A DNA stretch of 63,975 bases, counting the filler, from Rhizaria sp. SCN 62-66 (taxonomy: Eukaryota), in NCBI GenBank assembly GCA_001724265.1. It is 4 parts of 4 records of this genome, joined end to end, with 100 filler letters (N's around TTAATTAATTAA, not from the genome) between each part and the next. Parts side by side here need not be neighbours in the genome. Positions count along the whole stretch, not along the records: positions 29,644 to 58,171 come from MEDY01000511.1; 3 more parts are not named here. One strand, given 5' to 3'. Positions 39,096 through 51,887 of this stretch are shown piece after piece. Each line of letters opens with the position of its first letter. The first letter of the stretch is position 1. Below the pieces are notes generated by a model. The model was not told the origin of the DNA. It was given only the letters and a program-made list of their open reading frames with translations, and searched no databases. The position numbers and the translations under genes are program-made.

Positions 39096-42000
39096 TCACA
39101 GTTTGAACCTGTCGCCGAAGATCACACCGACGAAGTCGTCGTTTTGGTTCGGCGCCGCCAGCTGCTGCTGCTCGCTGCCAGCTGCAGCAGCCGCCTTGCC
39201 GTCGCTACAAGTACTGTTGTTGTTGCTGTTGTTGCTCTGAGAGGTGCTTGGGAGCGCAGGATTGTGCTGTTTGATGCCAACGCTTGTGTTGCCCTTGAGG
39301 TCGAGTGCAGCAGTGTCACCCCTATCGTCTGCAGCGGCACTCGCACTCGCAGCAGACTCGGCGCCCCTGCTCGCATCGGTGTTCTCAGTACCGTTGCTGC
39401 TAGGACTCACAGCGACACTGGCGGAGCTGCTGCTCGCCGAGGCGCCATGGCTGAGGATCGCAAGCTCCTGGCGGCGGCGCTTCGAGCCCTTGGCCGTGCC
39501 CGGCGCGTGCGCAGGCGCCTGCCCCTTAGACTGGCCCTTAGACTTCTGCTGGCCCCTTGAGTGATCGCCGCCCTTAGACTCGGAATCACCAGCGTCAGCG
39601 TTAGCAGAGCACTCGCCCTTGCACTCGTCGTCAGCAGCATTGCCGTTGCTGTTGTTGTTATTGTGGTGATGATGCTTAGATTTGCTGTTTGCGGTACTAC
39701 TGCTGCTCGCGTCGCGGATGCGGGCAGCTAGAGCGTCGGCCGCCACGGCCAGCGCAACCTCTCGGCTCCTGCCGCTGATGTCGCGGTCAGTGCTGCAAGG
39801 GTCGGTGCTCGTGACGGCGTCTTTGTTGGGGAGCAAGTTCGCATCGTAGGTGTAGTCGTAAGTGCTACCGGGTAAGGGCCTAGGCGCGAACGCGGACACG
39901 CGCATCGGGTTTAAGTACCCATACGCGAGACCCTTAGACTCTAGCTCAGATGTGAGGATCTCCTGGCCATCCACACTAGAGCTTGGCTGAGAGTCTTTGG
40001 CACTGACACTGCTGTCTGAGGGGTGAGCCTGTTGCTGTTGCTGCTTCGCGAGCAGAAGTTGCTTGATAATGAACTTCTCCTCGTACTCGACATCGTTGAG
40101 CGGGTTATCTTTCGCGCACGCCACGATACCGCGCAGCGTGCCGACAGTGGCCACCACTTCGGTGATCTCCTTCACCAGGCTGGCGACCGTCGCGGCCTTG
40201 TGTATCCGTTGCCATGCCGCCACCGTGGTGACCCCGGCGTGGGCCTTCATCATCTCCATCGCGTTGTAGCGAATGTTCTTGACAGCGTTCGTGGTGGCCA
40301 CGGCCGCGGCCAAGTACCGGCTCAGCGTCTCGGAGACGGGCGCCATGTAAGGGGCGCGGGTAAGGGGGGACGTGTAAGTGGCCTCGTCGCTGAAGCGCCA
40401 CACCCAGCCCAGGTCCGCGGCCGTGTAAGGGGGCGCGACACTTACACTCGAAAGCTTTTGTTTGGCACTTAAATCATCCGAGGCACTTACATTGTCCTTG
40501 TTGGCGCTCACTGTGTTGGCACTTACACCACCAGTCGAGCCAGAGTCAGTGCTGTTCTGTGCAGCGCTCGCGTCCGCACTGGGGCGAGCATCAGTGCTCT
40601 GCGTTTGTTGCTGCTGTTGTTGCTGTTGTTGTTGCTGCTGCTGTGCCTTTTGCGCCTGCGCCATCGCCCGCGCCTCCGCCTTGGCCTTCGCGGCCTCGAC
40701 GACGGCGGCCCGCGCCTCGAGCCATAGCGCAGTCGTCTCGTCGCGCGCGGCGTCCGCCCTCGCGGCCTCACGGCGCGCAGAGTCTGTCCACCAGTAAGGG
40801 AGCCCGCCGCGCGGCTCTGAAGTCACGCCGCCCTGGTCCGCAGCAGTAAAAGGACTCGCGGTTGCCGCATCTGTGGCAAGCGCGCGAGTAGTCTTGCTTT
40901 GACTGAGGACATCACGCCAGATCGGCTCATACGCGTTGATCCATGCCCCGCCCTTGACGGAAGCACTGACAGGGTACTTACTCTCAGCAGCAACAGCAGC
41001 AGCAGCAGCAGAGTTGCTGCGACTGTCAGCGCCAGCAGTGACAGCTGCATCTGTGCTGTTGCTGTTACTGTTGCTGTCCTCGGAGGGCAGGTCGTGGTAA
41101 GTTAGGCCGCCGTCGCTGGAAGTTAGGCCGCAGTACGCCGAGGGCAGCGCGAGCGGCACGTCACGCAGCTTATGCGAGACGCCTGCGTTGCCGAAGGAGT
41201 CGGTAAAGTGCCACGGAACCAGGTGGGGGTTGAAGGCGCAGATGGTGTCGACGGAGGCGCGGCGGCAGCCAACGAGGGAAGTTACGCCGCCAGTGGTACT
41301 GCTGCCGCTGCTGCTTGTGTTCCCAATGCTGTTCGCGTTGCTGTTGTTGTTGAAGTGCAAGTCGTAGCTACTCGTGTAAGAGGAAAACCCGTCGCCCTGA
41401 TCATAATCACGATCGTCACCATGAGCGTTGCGAACGCCGTGCTTACCGTTTTGCCGCAGGAGATACTCGTTCAAGTCGACGCCGTGGCCACAGTCGTCAA
41501 AGTAGTCGTGCCACTCTCCCGGAGACAGAGGCGACGCCCCCTTAGACGCCTCGGCCTCGGCGGAGGATCTAAGGGGCGCGCCGAAGACGGACGGGTTCCA
41601 CATGGCGCCGCGGCCCACAAGCACGCCCGCGGCGCCCGTGACCTGGCGGTAGCGCTGCACATCCTCGAAGGTGAACACGTCGCCATTGTACAGCAGCGGC
41701 ACGCGCGCCGCGGACTGCAGCAGCGGGAACTGCAACAGCGGCAGCGCGCGGAACCGCGGCCGGTCTGCGCGGAAGCGGCAGTGGACGCCAATCGCGGCCA
41801 CTCCCATGGCCTCAAGGCGGCGGACCAGCTCCAGCGTGTCGCGAGGGTCGGCCAGCATGCGGATCTTGGCCGTGAAGGGCAGCGCCGCGGGCAGGTTGCG
41901 CTGCAGCGTGGAGAAGATGTCCGCCACGTGTTCCGGACGCGTGAGCAGCGCGGCGCCCATCGCGCCCTGCAGCGAGAACATCTTCGGACAGCCCATGTTG

Positions 42001-42758
42001 ATGTCGATGGCGCGGCAGTCACGTGCCACCACTGTCGCCGCGGCCAAGGCGTCGACGCCATTGCCCGCGCCCAGCTGCACCACAAGCCGCTCGCCGCGGT
42101 AAGTCTCGAGCGTGTGCTGCTGGTCGAAGCCGACAACGTGTGCGGGGCCGTCTAAGGGGGTACTTACATTGCCCGAGGCGTGGCCGCCCGTGAGCGCGTT
42201 GTGCGGGGAGGTCTTGGTGGCGAAGCGGACGATGCGCTGGTTGTAAGGATCTCCGGTCTAAGGGTCCGCGACAACGTAGCGGCCACATGTCAGTAGCTTG
42301 CGAGCGACGAGCTCCTCCGAATAGAGCACGTTGCAGCCGTAATCCTTCGCGACGAGGCGCGTCGCGAGCGTGGAGACGCGCACCATGGGCGCCAGCGCGG
42401 CTTGACTTCGGTACTCCCAAGGAGCGAAGTCGCTGGGGTGGGACCAAACGCTCTGTTCAGCTGCGTTGTTGTGGTAGCGGCCGGTGTTATTGAGCACGGA
42501 GCCGTCGCCAAGCTCGTTGCACTCGACCAGCGCGACCTTACCATCGCCACCGCTACTACTGCTGGTGTGGTTCGAGAGGCGGGAGAAGTGGCAGAAGACG
42601 CCGCGGGTGTTGCGGATGCGGTTCACGCCGCTGCGAAACGCGCGGGGGCCGGTCAAAACAGGGCTGGCATCAGGCTGAGGGGCGGTGGCGGTCGCCTGCT
42701 GCTGCTGTTGCTGCTGTTGCTGTTGTTGCTGCTGGTTGAGTTGGTGGAGGTGGGACAT
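39096..42758 (-). CDS. DUS2: tRNA-dihydrouridine synthase, DUS2-like, ~1220 aa with low-complexity expansions; in-frame TAG at 42258-42260
   Basis: LAPMVRV..YSEELVARKL lies upstream of the TAG; VVQLG, DINMGCPK..GAMGAALL, TAKIR, GVHCR, NGDV, GRGAMWNPSVF lie downstream in the same frame. Confidence 0.88.
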
Positions 42759-43206
42759 CGTTTGTGACGTGACAATCACGAGCAAACGCTCAGACCGCAA
42801 TGAAACTACGGCGCCTAGCTAGTAAGAAAATAACTATAATGGCTGGAACGTGCGCTTAGTGTGTCGGGTGAACGCTAAGTGGTGTCTTAGTTGAAAACTA
42901 AGGAAAGTGCGGAGGTTGTCGGGCAAGGGTCAGATGGAAAAAGTGCGAAGAAGAAGTTCGTGAGGTTAATGGGCAACTTAGGCAACACAATTTAAATAAG
43001 ATGTACAAAGCACTATTTAGATATCCTCATGTTTAACCCGACGCTCGTTGACGATCATACCACGATTTTATTATTGTTTTCCTTACCCGATCGTGCCGAA
43101 GACCTCGAGTCCACTGTGCAAGTGGCGTTGCGTTGGACTGGTCGAAATCCTCCTTTACACCATCACACAAACTTGATCAAGCTCCACTTTTGCTCTACCT
43201 AGCAAC

Positions 43207-43919
43207 ATGGAAGGGAAGTGGGCTTCAAGGCAGTACCTGCTGTTCGCGTTAGCCGCGGCAGCGCTGGGCACAGCTGGCGCTGCTGGGGTGAAGGCGATAT
43301 TCGCCGCTGTTGTCACGGACGCAATCACTGCGCTCATGTGCAACAATTCGGTTCTTCCAGTGACTTTAGCTCAATCGTGCTCTAGCGTACGTGTATTTAT
43401 CTGTCATATCCACCTCGTGATAAACTTGGTGTTTATTACAATGTGTAATCAGTATAATTCACTTGAGTCATTGAGACAACAATATCTCTGCTTCTGGACG
43501 ACGAACCATCGTATAACGCACGCAAACATCGTTCACTATATCTAAAATTGTGTCGGGCGACGTATACCATGTAGGTTCTATCTTTTCTGTTGCCACTGTT
43601 GCAATTCCTAGCCGTTATCACCGTTAACGGCCTCGCGTTGCAGTTCTCGCTGCGCGCAATGCACGCCGCCCCCTCGACCCCCATCGCGAGCTTGGCCACA
43701 AACGCGTTCGCCTTTCTTTGCGGGCTTACTGTTACCGCATTTGCCAACATGCTTACTGCCACCAACACAGACACCGCTAGCGCTCACTCTCAGGGCAACG
43801 CTGATCTGGTTAGCGACACAGTGTGTTGGTTCGATGTGCGCTGTGGCGTGTGGCGTCAATCTCTTGGCGTCATCTGTATTGCTGTTGGTCTCGTTTTTGT
43901 TGCATTTGCAGATACGAGC

Positions 43920-44010
<91 letters not shown>

Positions 44011-44242
44011 CAACAACAACAACAACAACAACAACAACAGCAACAACACGAGTGACCGCAGCAACAAAATCACTGCTGAGCGCGACAGTGTCGAGACGGC
44101 CGCAGAGACTGACAGCGCTGCTGCTGTTGGTACCACAAGAAACAATTGCACGTGGAGTGATGTGCAGCGCTACGTGGCTGTTGCAACTATTGCTCTGGTG
44201 CTCGCAGCAGTGGTTGCTGGTGAGCTTGCACTCGTGCTCTAA
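43207..44242 (+). CDS. TMEM42-like small DMT membrane protein (exons 43207-43386, 43575-44242; 1-nt indel in AAC repeat at ~44010)
   Basis: Hydrophobic helices, VNGLALQFSLRAM..STPIASLATN..LGVICIAVGLVFV; GTACG..TAG intron; the frame after the indel gives a TM helix and TAA. Confidence 0.55.
43920..44047 (+). repeat. (AAC)n coding microsatellite (poly-Asn)
   Basis: (AAC)30, AC, (AAC)9, then AGC and two more AAC. Confidence 0.95.
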
Positions 44243-44771
44243 CGGGAACAAGACCATGGATATAACTACATATATCAATAGATACATAGCCAACCTTTCG
44301 TTTTTACGTGTACCATTGTATGTCAAATTGTATATGTAAACTCCGCTAGTATAGATTATTATACAGGCGAGCGATACACTGTAATGTAAGTTCGTAACGT
44401 GCCTGCGGTCGGTCTGTTCGGTCCTTGACCAAGACTGCAAGTCGACCGTTTCCCAAAGCACTATATAAAACCACTCAGAGCTCGTGATTCTCATCGTCAA
44501 GGACAAAATGTGATGCTTATTGATAATAACGGTGCATGATTCTATTGATTCATAATATGTTATTTTCTGAATCTCTCTTATTTCCTTCAAAGTCCCTCCT
44601 AGCAGAGAGCCTCGTCTAAGAGCAAAGCTCGACACACAATTTTCTCTTCTCGGTCTTTGCACCGCACATAAACCAACTTCTCTACAGCAAAGCTGAACTT
44701 AGTAGCAAGAACCCGCCTTGTTCTAGCCGTTTTCCTGCTGCTGCGCTGCCTTGCGCTAAAATCATCTCGCC

Positions 44772-47700
44772 ATGAGCTACAACAACGGTGGAGGCTCCGT
44801 GCCTCGCCAGACTGGTGGCAACGGCAACGGCAGCGACCCCACCTCGCACTGGGACGCGCGCTTCTCCGCCGACTCCGCCCTCTTCGGCATCACCGACGCG
44901 GCCGACGTGGACCTGACCGCCGCCGAGCTCCGCGAGCTCGGTCTCTCGCCCCCTGCGAACAGCATCAATAACAACAACGGCAATAATGGCAACTCTGGTC
45001 CGTCCGGCAGCAACGCGGGCGAAGAAGACAGCGACGTGCGTCTCTGGGCGCAGAACCAGCGCTTTCAGGCCGCTGTGATGAAGGCCATGGAGCATTCGGT
45101 CGGCATCCTCCAGGACAAGCTCCGCGAGAACCTCTCCACGCTCGCGACGAGCGAGAAGAGCCGTGAGGATCTCGGCATGGCGCTGCACACTATGCGCACC
45201 GAGCTCTCCCGCGCATCGGCCGGGCTCGCGCGCACGCGGCAGGACCTCTCGGACGCCGTGTCGGCGCGCAAGCTTGCCCTGGCCGAAGCTGCCGCCGTGG
45301 GCGCAGAGCTGGTCGCGGCGCGGCGGCGCGGCGCAGACCTCGAGGCGGAGCTGCTACGGGCTCGTGCCGAGGCCGTGACGGCGCGCGACGCGCAACTGCG
45401 AGGCAAGCAGCTGTACGGCGTGCTTGAGGCTGAGTACAAGGTCGCCGCGAACCAGATCTCGGGGCTCCGCAGCGAAGTCGAGGCCAAGGCCGCTGAGCTG
45501 CGCAACCTCAAGACCAAAGACGGCGACAAGAGCACAGAGCTTGCGACTGTGACCAACCAGCTCGCCGCCGCCAAGGAGCAGCTGACCGTGGCTGCGGCGG
45601 CGGCGGCGCGGGCGGCCGCGGAGGCGCGTGGACAGGTATGTCACGATATTTAATGGCCCCGCTGATTGCACTCAACCTAACATCTCGCGCTATATTCCTG
45701 GTGTGCGATCGTGAACATTGTCTTGTTTATTTTTGAGGGGTTGCATCTTTTTATCCACACGTCATTTGCTCTCACGTTGATAACCGTGATGTATGATATG
45801 GTTTTGTCTCTGTTGAATAGGACGCCGAGCTGGCCGCCGTCACCGCCAAGCACACGACGGCGCTGAAGCAGCTCTCGGACGCCGCGGCCGCGATGCAACA
45901 GCGCGACACGGCGCTGCGCGTGCTGGCCGAGCGCCACGCCGCCGTGAGCGACCAGCTGCGCACCGAGCAGGCGCGTGCCAAGCGCGCCGAGAGGGACGCA
46001 GACAACACGGCCGACGCAAAGGCCGACCTCGCGAGGTACGTATTGTGGCTATTCTCTATGTACTGACAAAAAAAAATGACAAAATCATTCAATATTCACA
46101 TGCATCGAATTATTTTTAAATCTTACTTTATCATTTTATTCTTGTCTTCTTTAACAACCTATCCAGGGCTGCTGCGGCCGACTCGGCCAAGCTGGCCTCG
46201 GCCGCTGCTGGCCTCGCCGCCGCCGCGGCCGCGGGCGACAAGCTCTCGGGCGACCTGGAGCTGGCGCGCAAACACGTCAACGTGTTGACTGAGGAGGCGG
46301 CCGGCCTGCGCCGCGCCGAGGCCGTGCTGACGGACCAGGTCGAGACGCAGCGCGCGCGCGCCTCGGCCGCTGCCGCCGAGTGCGACTCGCTGAAGCAACA
46401 GCTCGCCGAGGCCAGGGCCGAGGCTGCGCGCGTCGATGCGGCTGCCAAGGCGAGCGACGGGAAGCTCCGCGCGCAGCTCGAGAAGGGGCTGTCCTCCGCG
46501 CAGCAGGCCGTGGCCTCGAGCGAGAACGGACGGCTGCGGACCGACGCGCGTCTGTCGGAGCTGGAGCAGGAACTGCGGCGCGCCGTCAGCGCCAAGGAGA
46601 GCGCCGAGAGCGAGCTTGCGTCGCTACGGGGCCGCTATGAGGAGGTCTACGGGCAGGCCAAGTCGCGCGAGGACGCGCTAGAGAGGGCCACGCACCGCGC
46701 TAACCGCTACCAGGTGCGTTTACAGAGTTTATGCGATAACTAAGTGAGAATCCGCAATGCTTGAGTGAAACATTACATTTTTGAGCAGTTTTAAAGGATT
46801 CAAGTCTCGCGTTAATAACTTCAGCTCAATTTGTATTTTGTCTTTCACGATTCTCATTAATTCATCTCACTTCTTCATTTGTTTGTTTTCTTTGCTTTCA
46901 GGGCGAGACCGTCGGCGTAGAGGCGCGCGCCGTAGCCGAACTGGAGCAGTACAAGACGGCCGCGGACGCCGAAATTACAGCCCTCAAGAGCCAGCTGCGC
47001 GACAAGTCGAAGCAGTACGACGCGCTGTCGATGGCGTTCGTGGACGCGCAGCAAAAGGTGCTGCAGACGACGCAGCGCGAGCAGAGCGGCGCCGAGTCCG
47101 TGTCCTCAGCCAAGTCGCAGCTCGCGCTGGCGACGGCGATGCGCGATCGGCACCAGCGCGAGGCCTTGCGCGCCGCACAGGAGACCGTGGTGTCTGTCAA
47201 AGAGGGCCAGGAGGCGAAGCTGCTGCAGAGGCGCGCCGAGGGCACCGTCGCGGAGCTGCAGGAGACTGTGGCCGTGCTGCAAGTACGTAATATAACAAAA
47301 CAATAATCATATCAAACAACAACTGTCGCTTTATATTTGTCTTTATTATTCCATCAAACTCATCCACATTCTGTAAACGCTCATTTTTCACATTTTTCTC
47401 ACAAATTTGCAGGGCAAGCTGAACGACGCGATGTTTTACGAGCGCGCTAAGAAGGCCGCCTACGACAGCGAGATCACGGAGCTGCGCGGCGAGATCGCGC
47501 GTCTGCGCGCTGACGGCCACGGCGTGACGGGCCTGGTGATCGCGTCGCAGCGCGAGCGCGCCGCGGCCGAGGCGCAGGCGCGCGTGCAGCAGATGAAGCT
47601 TAAGGTGGCCGAGGACAAGCTGGAGCGCGCGCGCGAGGAGATGGGTCAGCTGCGGCAGCAGGTACGCGCGCAGGGCGCCGCGGGCAGCCTCGTCAGCAAG

Positions 47701-49665
47701 CAGTACAACCTGTGGAGCAAGCAGTTCGAGGTCGTGGTCGGCAAGGAGCTGGCGCGGCGGCAGAAGGAGATCGCCAATATCGTCTCGCAGCAGCACCTGC
47801 ACTCATCAACTTCCAACGCGAATAGCAGCAGCGGCGCCAGCGGGAACGTGAACAGCGCTGGCGCGGGCCCCGGCTCTGCGGGCGCGAACGGCGCCAGCGG
47901 CGGCGGTGGCAGCAGCAGCACCGACAGCGCATTCATGTCCGAGCTCATCAGCACGCTGCGCGACGAGCTACACCAGTCGTCGACGCTCAACGCGACGCGG
48001 CTGCAAGAGATACTCGCGCTGCGGCAGCGGCTCAACGCCGTGGCGCTTTCGGACCAGGAGCTCGGCGACCGCGAGTCTGCCTACGTGGGCAAGGTGCAGG
48101 AGCTCATCCTCTCCAAGAAGAACCTCAGCAGCCTGTGTCAGAGTCTGCGAGGCAAGGTCGTGCGGGCCGAGACCATCGCGGCGGCGCTTGAGAACGAGCT
48201 GATCAAGGAAGTTAATCCGCCCGCGGGCAGCATTGATTACAGCCGCTTACTGTCGAGTGCAAACTCGAGCAGTGTCCGTGATGCTGAGATCAGCGCTGCT
48301 GCTGGGGCTGGTAATATTAATACCAACGCCAGTGATGTCATTGCTGCGTCTGCTGCGCTAAAGGAGTTGATTCATGGACCTGGCTTTGAGAATCAAAGTC
48401 AAGTTGCGGCGGGGCCAATCAAGCCTCACAGCAATAACTACAGTGGCAATAGCAATTACCCGAATGCAAGCAGTAGTTTGGGTGGCGGTATCACCAACAA
48501 CAATAACAACAACGCGTCTCTGCCCTCGCTGCTTCCGCTGCAAGCTCCAACTAGCAGCCGCAACAACGCTACCAACAGCAGCGCCAACTACTACAACAAC
48601 AACAGCAGCAGCAGCAGCAGCGCGTCGTTGCTGTCGAATTCGAGCACGTCTGGGTTGTTTGCCCTCAGTCTGCAGCAGCAACAACAGTCGCAGTTCCCGC
48701 TCGACCTTGCTTCCGTCAGCCCCAGCCTCCCCCACAATCAAGGCTACGGCCACGGCCCCAATCAGCAGTACAACAGCGGGTTTGTGGTCAACTCCGGCGC
48801 GACGGCATCTGCGCTGGCCTCGCAGTCCGCGGCGTCGCTGGCGGCTCCCGCCGCCACCAGCGTTGCCACCAGCGGCGGTGCGCAAATGCCGAACAGCACC
48901 AGCATGAGCAACTTGCACGGCACGGCTGCGGCCAACAATAGCAGCGGCAATCTGTTGCTACCGTCATCTTCTGCTGTTTCGCTCGCGCAGGCGATGCGTG
49001 TTGTCTCGACGGGCCTTGGAAACAATAACAACAACAGTAACAGCAGTATCAGCAGTAGCAACAGCAGTGCGAACGTCGCCACGCCCAACGCCAAGGGTCT
49101 GCTCAGTAACAAGAGTGCCGCCTCGCTCCAGCGGCCGCGCGCGAGCAACCCCCCGGGTGGGGCGTACGCTGGTCATGTGGGCGCGTTCAACGCGGTGACC
49201 CTGGCGCCAGGCGCGAGCTACAGCTACGCACAGCCGCCGCTGGCGCAGTCGCAGACACAGCTGCTCGGCAGCGGCAGCAACGGCGCCCTCGCGGCCGCCC
49301 TCGCCGCTGCGAACAGTAACATTGGTGTCAATGCCAGCGCGAACGCGAGTGCGAGTGGGAGTCTGGGCAGTGGCAGGGGGAAGCAGTCGTCGGTGCTTGC
49401 GGGGGCCGCGGCGGCGACGCTGACGCCGACGCCGCGTCGGACCAAGCCTCAAACCACCACAAACGCGATGGGCGCGATGAACTACTCTGGCGCTGGCGCT
49501 GCCGCTGGCGCAGGCGTTGGCGTTGGCTACGGTGCAGGTGCGAGTCTGGGCGCGAGCGCTGTTGGTGGCCGGGAAGGGGGGCCGAGTGCGGCGATGCTTC
49601 GGGCGATGGCAACCGCAGCTGGCGCAACTGTGAGTAATGACCATTCCACAGCCAACAAATACTGA
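44772..49665 (+). CDS. Long coiled-coil protein with Ser/Asn-rich tail; N-terminal segment reminiscent of CCDC40 (exons 44772-45635, 45821-46035, 46167-46713, 46902-47282, 47413-49665)
   Basis: Four GT-AG introns preserve the frame; heptad-like Ala/Glu/Leu sequence; RFQAAV..REDLGMALH motif; TGA stop. Confidence 0.75.
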
Positions 49666-50251
49666 AAGCAGCCCAGGTGTGATCTCAACTTGACGAGCTG
49701 GTCAAAAGATTGAGTAATTTAAACAATACATGTACTTGTCATATACTGTACATGTACGAAGATGTACGTGTACTAGTATATGTCCTACTAGTAGTATTAA
49801 TCCCCCGTGTTATTAATATATAGTTATTATTTGCAATGCCAGTGTCAAACGGTTAATACAAGTCGAGGATATTGGAGTACTGTATGCCAAAGAGTGCGTA
49901 TGTCACCTGGTTGGAACTGCTTCGAGGTAAAAACCCTGTGCAAAATCAATATGACATTCAAGTAATCAATCTGTTTGGATTTCGGAAACGCTCCCGTAGC
50001 CTTAGAACTATGATAATCAAGATACACCAGAGGCAACGGCATTCAAGTTTAACACTTACGGCTGGTTTTCTTCGGAACCGTTGCGACCCCACTCATGAGT
50101 GAGTAATAAAGGCATGTTGATTGCCAACTTCAAGTCGCTTAATAAATCGCAAGCAATTCGTAAACATTATATGAAAGCTATTGTCGTTTTAAACTCACGG
50201 TGACCGTTGATGCTCCGTTTTGTTTGGGACAGCTTGAGGCGTGACTCCGGT

Positions 50252-50413
50252 TCACCGCCCCATCTTCTTGAAGTCCCTGAACGACTTGAGGTCGCTCGAC
50301 GGCCTGCTGTCGTACATCATCGCCTTCTCTTTGGCCCGCTCGAAGTTAAGCCGCCGCTGCTCGAGCTCGGTCGCAGTCGCACCAGGGCCGTTCTGAGCGC
50401 CACTGCCGCTGCC

Positions 50414-50444
<31 letters not shown>

Positions 50445-51887
50445 GACAGAGGCCCGAGCCACGCGTCCTGGTTACGGAGATCATCATACGCGCTATAGAT
50501 ACCAGACAAAGCGCTGCTGCTGCTGCTTACACCGGGCTGCTGTGGCTTCCTCCTTTCGCCATCAAACGCACCACTAGTACCCGCAGCACCCGCGCCCGCG
50601 TGCGCCCCCGGCCCTGCCATACTGCGCGGCGGCGGCGGCAGCGGTAGCCCCTTCTTCCTGGCGATCTCGCACTGTTTGGCGTACTCCGCAGCCTCCTCTT
50701 CTGCCCGGGCGCCTGCGCCCCACTCGCGGCGCAGCTGCTTGTAGTTGGTGCTGAGGTTTGCCATGCCCACGCCCGAGGTCGGAAACGCCGCGGCCTGACT
50801 TAAATACACCTCGCGCAGACGCGCCTCTTTGTCCCGCTGCAACTGCGCGTGCGCCGCGGCCGTGCGGTCGATGTTGCGCAGCTTTTCGCTCAGCGGCAGC
50901 GAGATCTCTTCGATGCCGCTCAGCCAGCGTTCGCCGCCCTCGAACGCGTCCGCGGTCGCCGCAGCGGTCGCAGCTGCGGCAGCCGGAGCCGCACTCACAC
51001 TCGCACTGGCGCTGGCGCTGGCGCTGGTGCTGGTGCTGGCGCCAGAGCTAAAGCTAGAGCTCGAGTCAACAGCGCTGTGGCTAACAGCATTCGTGTTCTG
51101 CGTCGGCGCCGTCGGCGATGTCGGCGACTGGAGGGCCTTGTTGGCGCCGGCGTTCGCTGTCGCGCGCGCGAGCTGCAGCTGCTCCCGGATGAAGGCCTCC
51201 TTGGCCGACTCGAGGCCGGCCGCGGCGGCCGCGTCGCTCGCGCTGCCGGTGCCTACGGTCGTACTCTCGGTCTTGAAGTTAAGCCGCGCAGAGTCGCCAC
51301 CGGCACCGGCGGCGGAGGAGGAGGAGGAGCTGCTGCTGCTGTGTCCAGAGCCAGAGAGGGCGCCGATGCTGCCGCTGGCGCTGCCGGATGTGAGATATGA
51401 GGGCGCGGAGGCGACGCCGGAGGTCTTAGCGCGCGAGCGCTGTAAAAGCTTGATGTCCTCGAGAGATAAAGCGCTAAAACGAACACAGAAGTTGGGTGAT
51501 ATCATTGCCTGTGAACACACAGGTACAATAAAAATGCTACGGTCTCAATAAAATGCGTGATGTGTCAGGTATTCGTTAGAATATGCTAAATACAGTGAGA
51601 TATCGTGTGTTTTGATAGATAACGTACGCAGGCTTGTCGCCGCTGTCGGTGTCGTCAGCAGCAGCCGCGCCGGCGCTGTCCGCAGCCGCAGTCGCCTCCG
51701 AGCTCAGAGATAGGGCGACGGAGGTGCGGGCAGCGGCGGCAGACGCGCCACGCTTCTTGACCTTGAAGGCGACAGGGGCAGCAGGGGCGTCGGCCTCGGC
51801 GGAAGGCTGCTGACCGTTGACGACGGCAGCGGCGCTATTACTCACCGCAGAGAGAGCGTCCTTAATCGCGTCTGACGAAGCGGACAT
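50252..51887 (-). CDS. C9orf78/TLS1 (HCA59) family splicing-associated protein (exons 51887-51628, 51473-50252)
   Basis: LEDIKLLQRSRAK..GV, WLSGIEEISLPLSEKLRNIDRT, and terminal SSD....FKK motifs; GTACG..TAG intron; TGA stop. Confidence 0.75.

Noticed and set aside
1866-42260. Pseudogene decay, selenocysteine/pyrrolysine, or the ciliate TAR=Gln code as explanations for internal stops
   Set aside because: All internal stops are TAG with no frameshifts at those loci, unlike random decay. Sec uses TGA. The sites are in variable regions of unrelated proteins, unlike Pyl. TAA clearly terminates DnaJ and 14-3-3.
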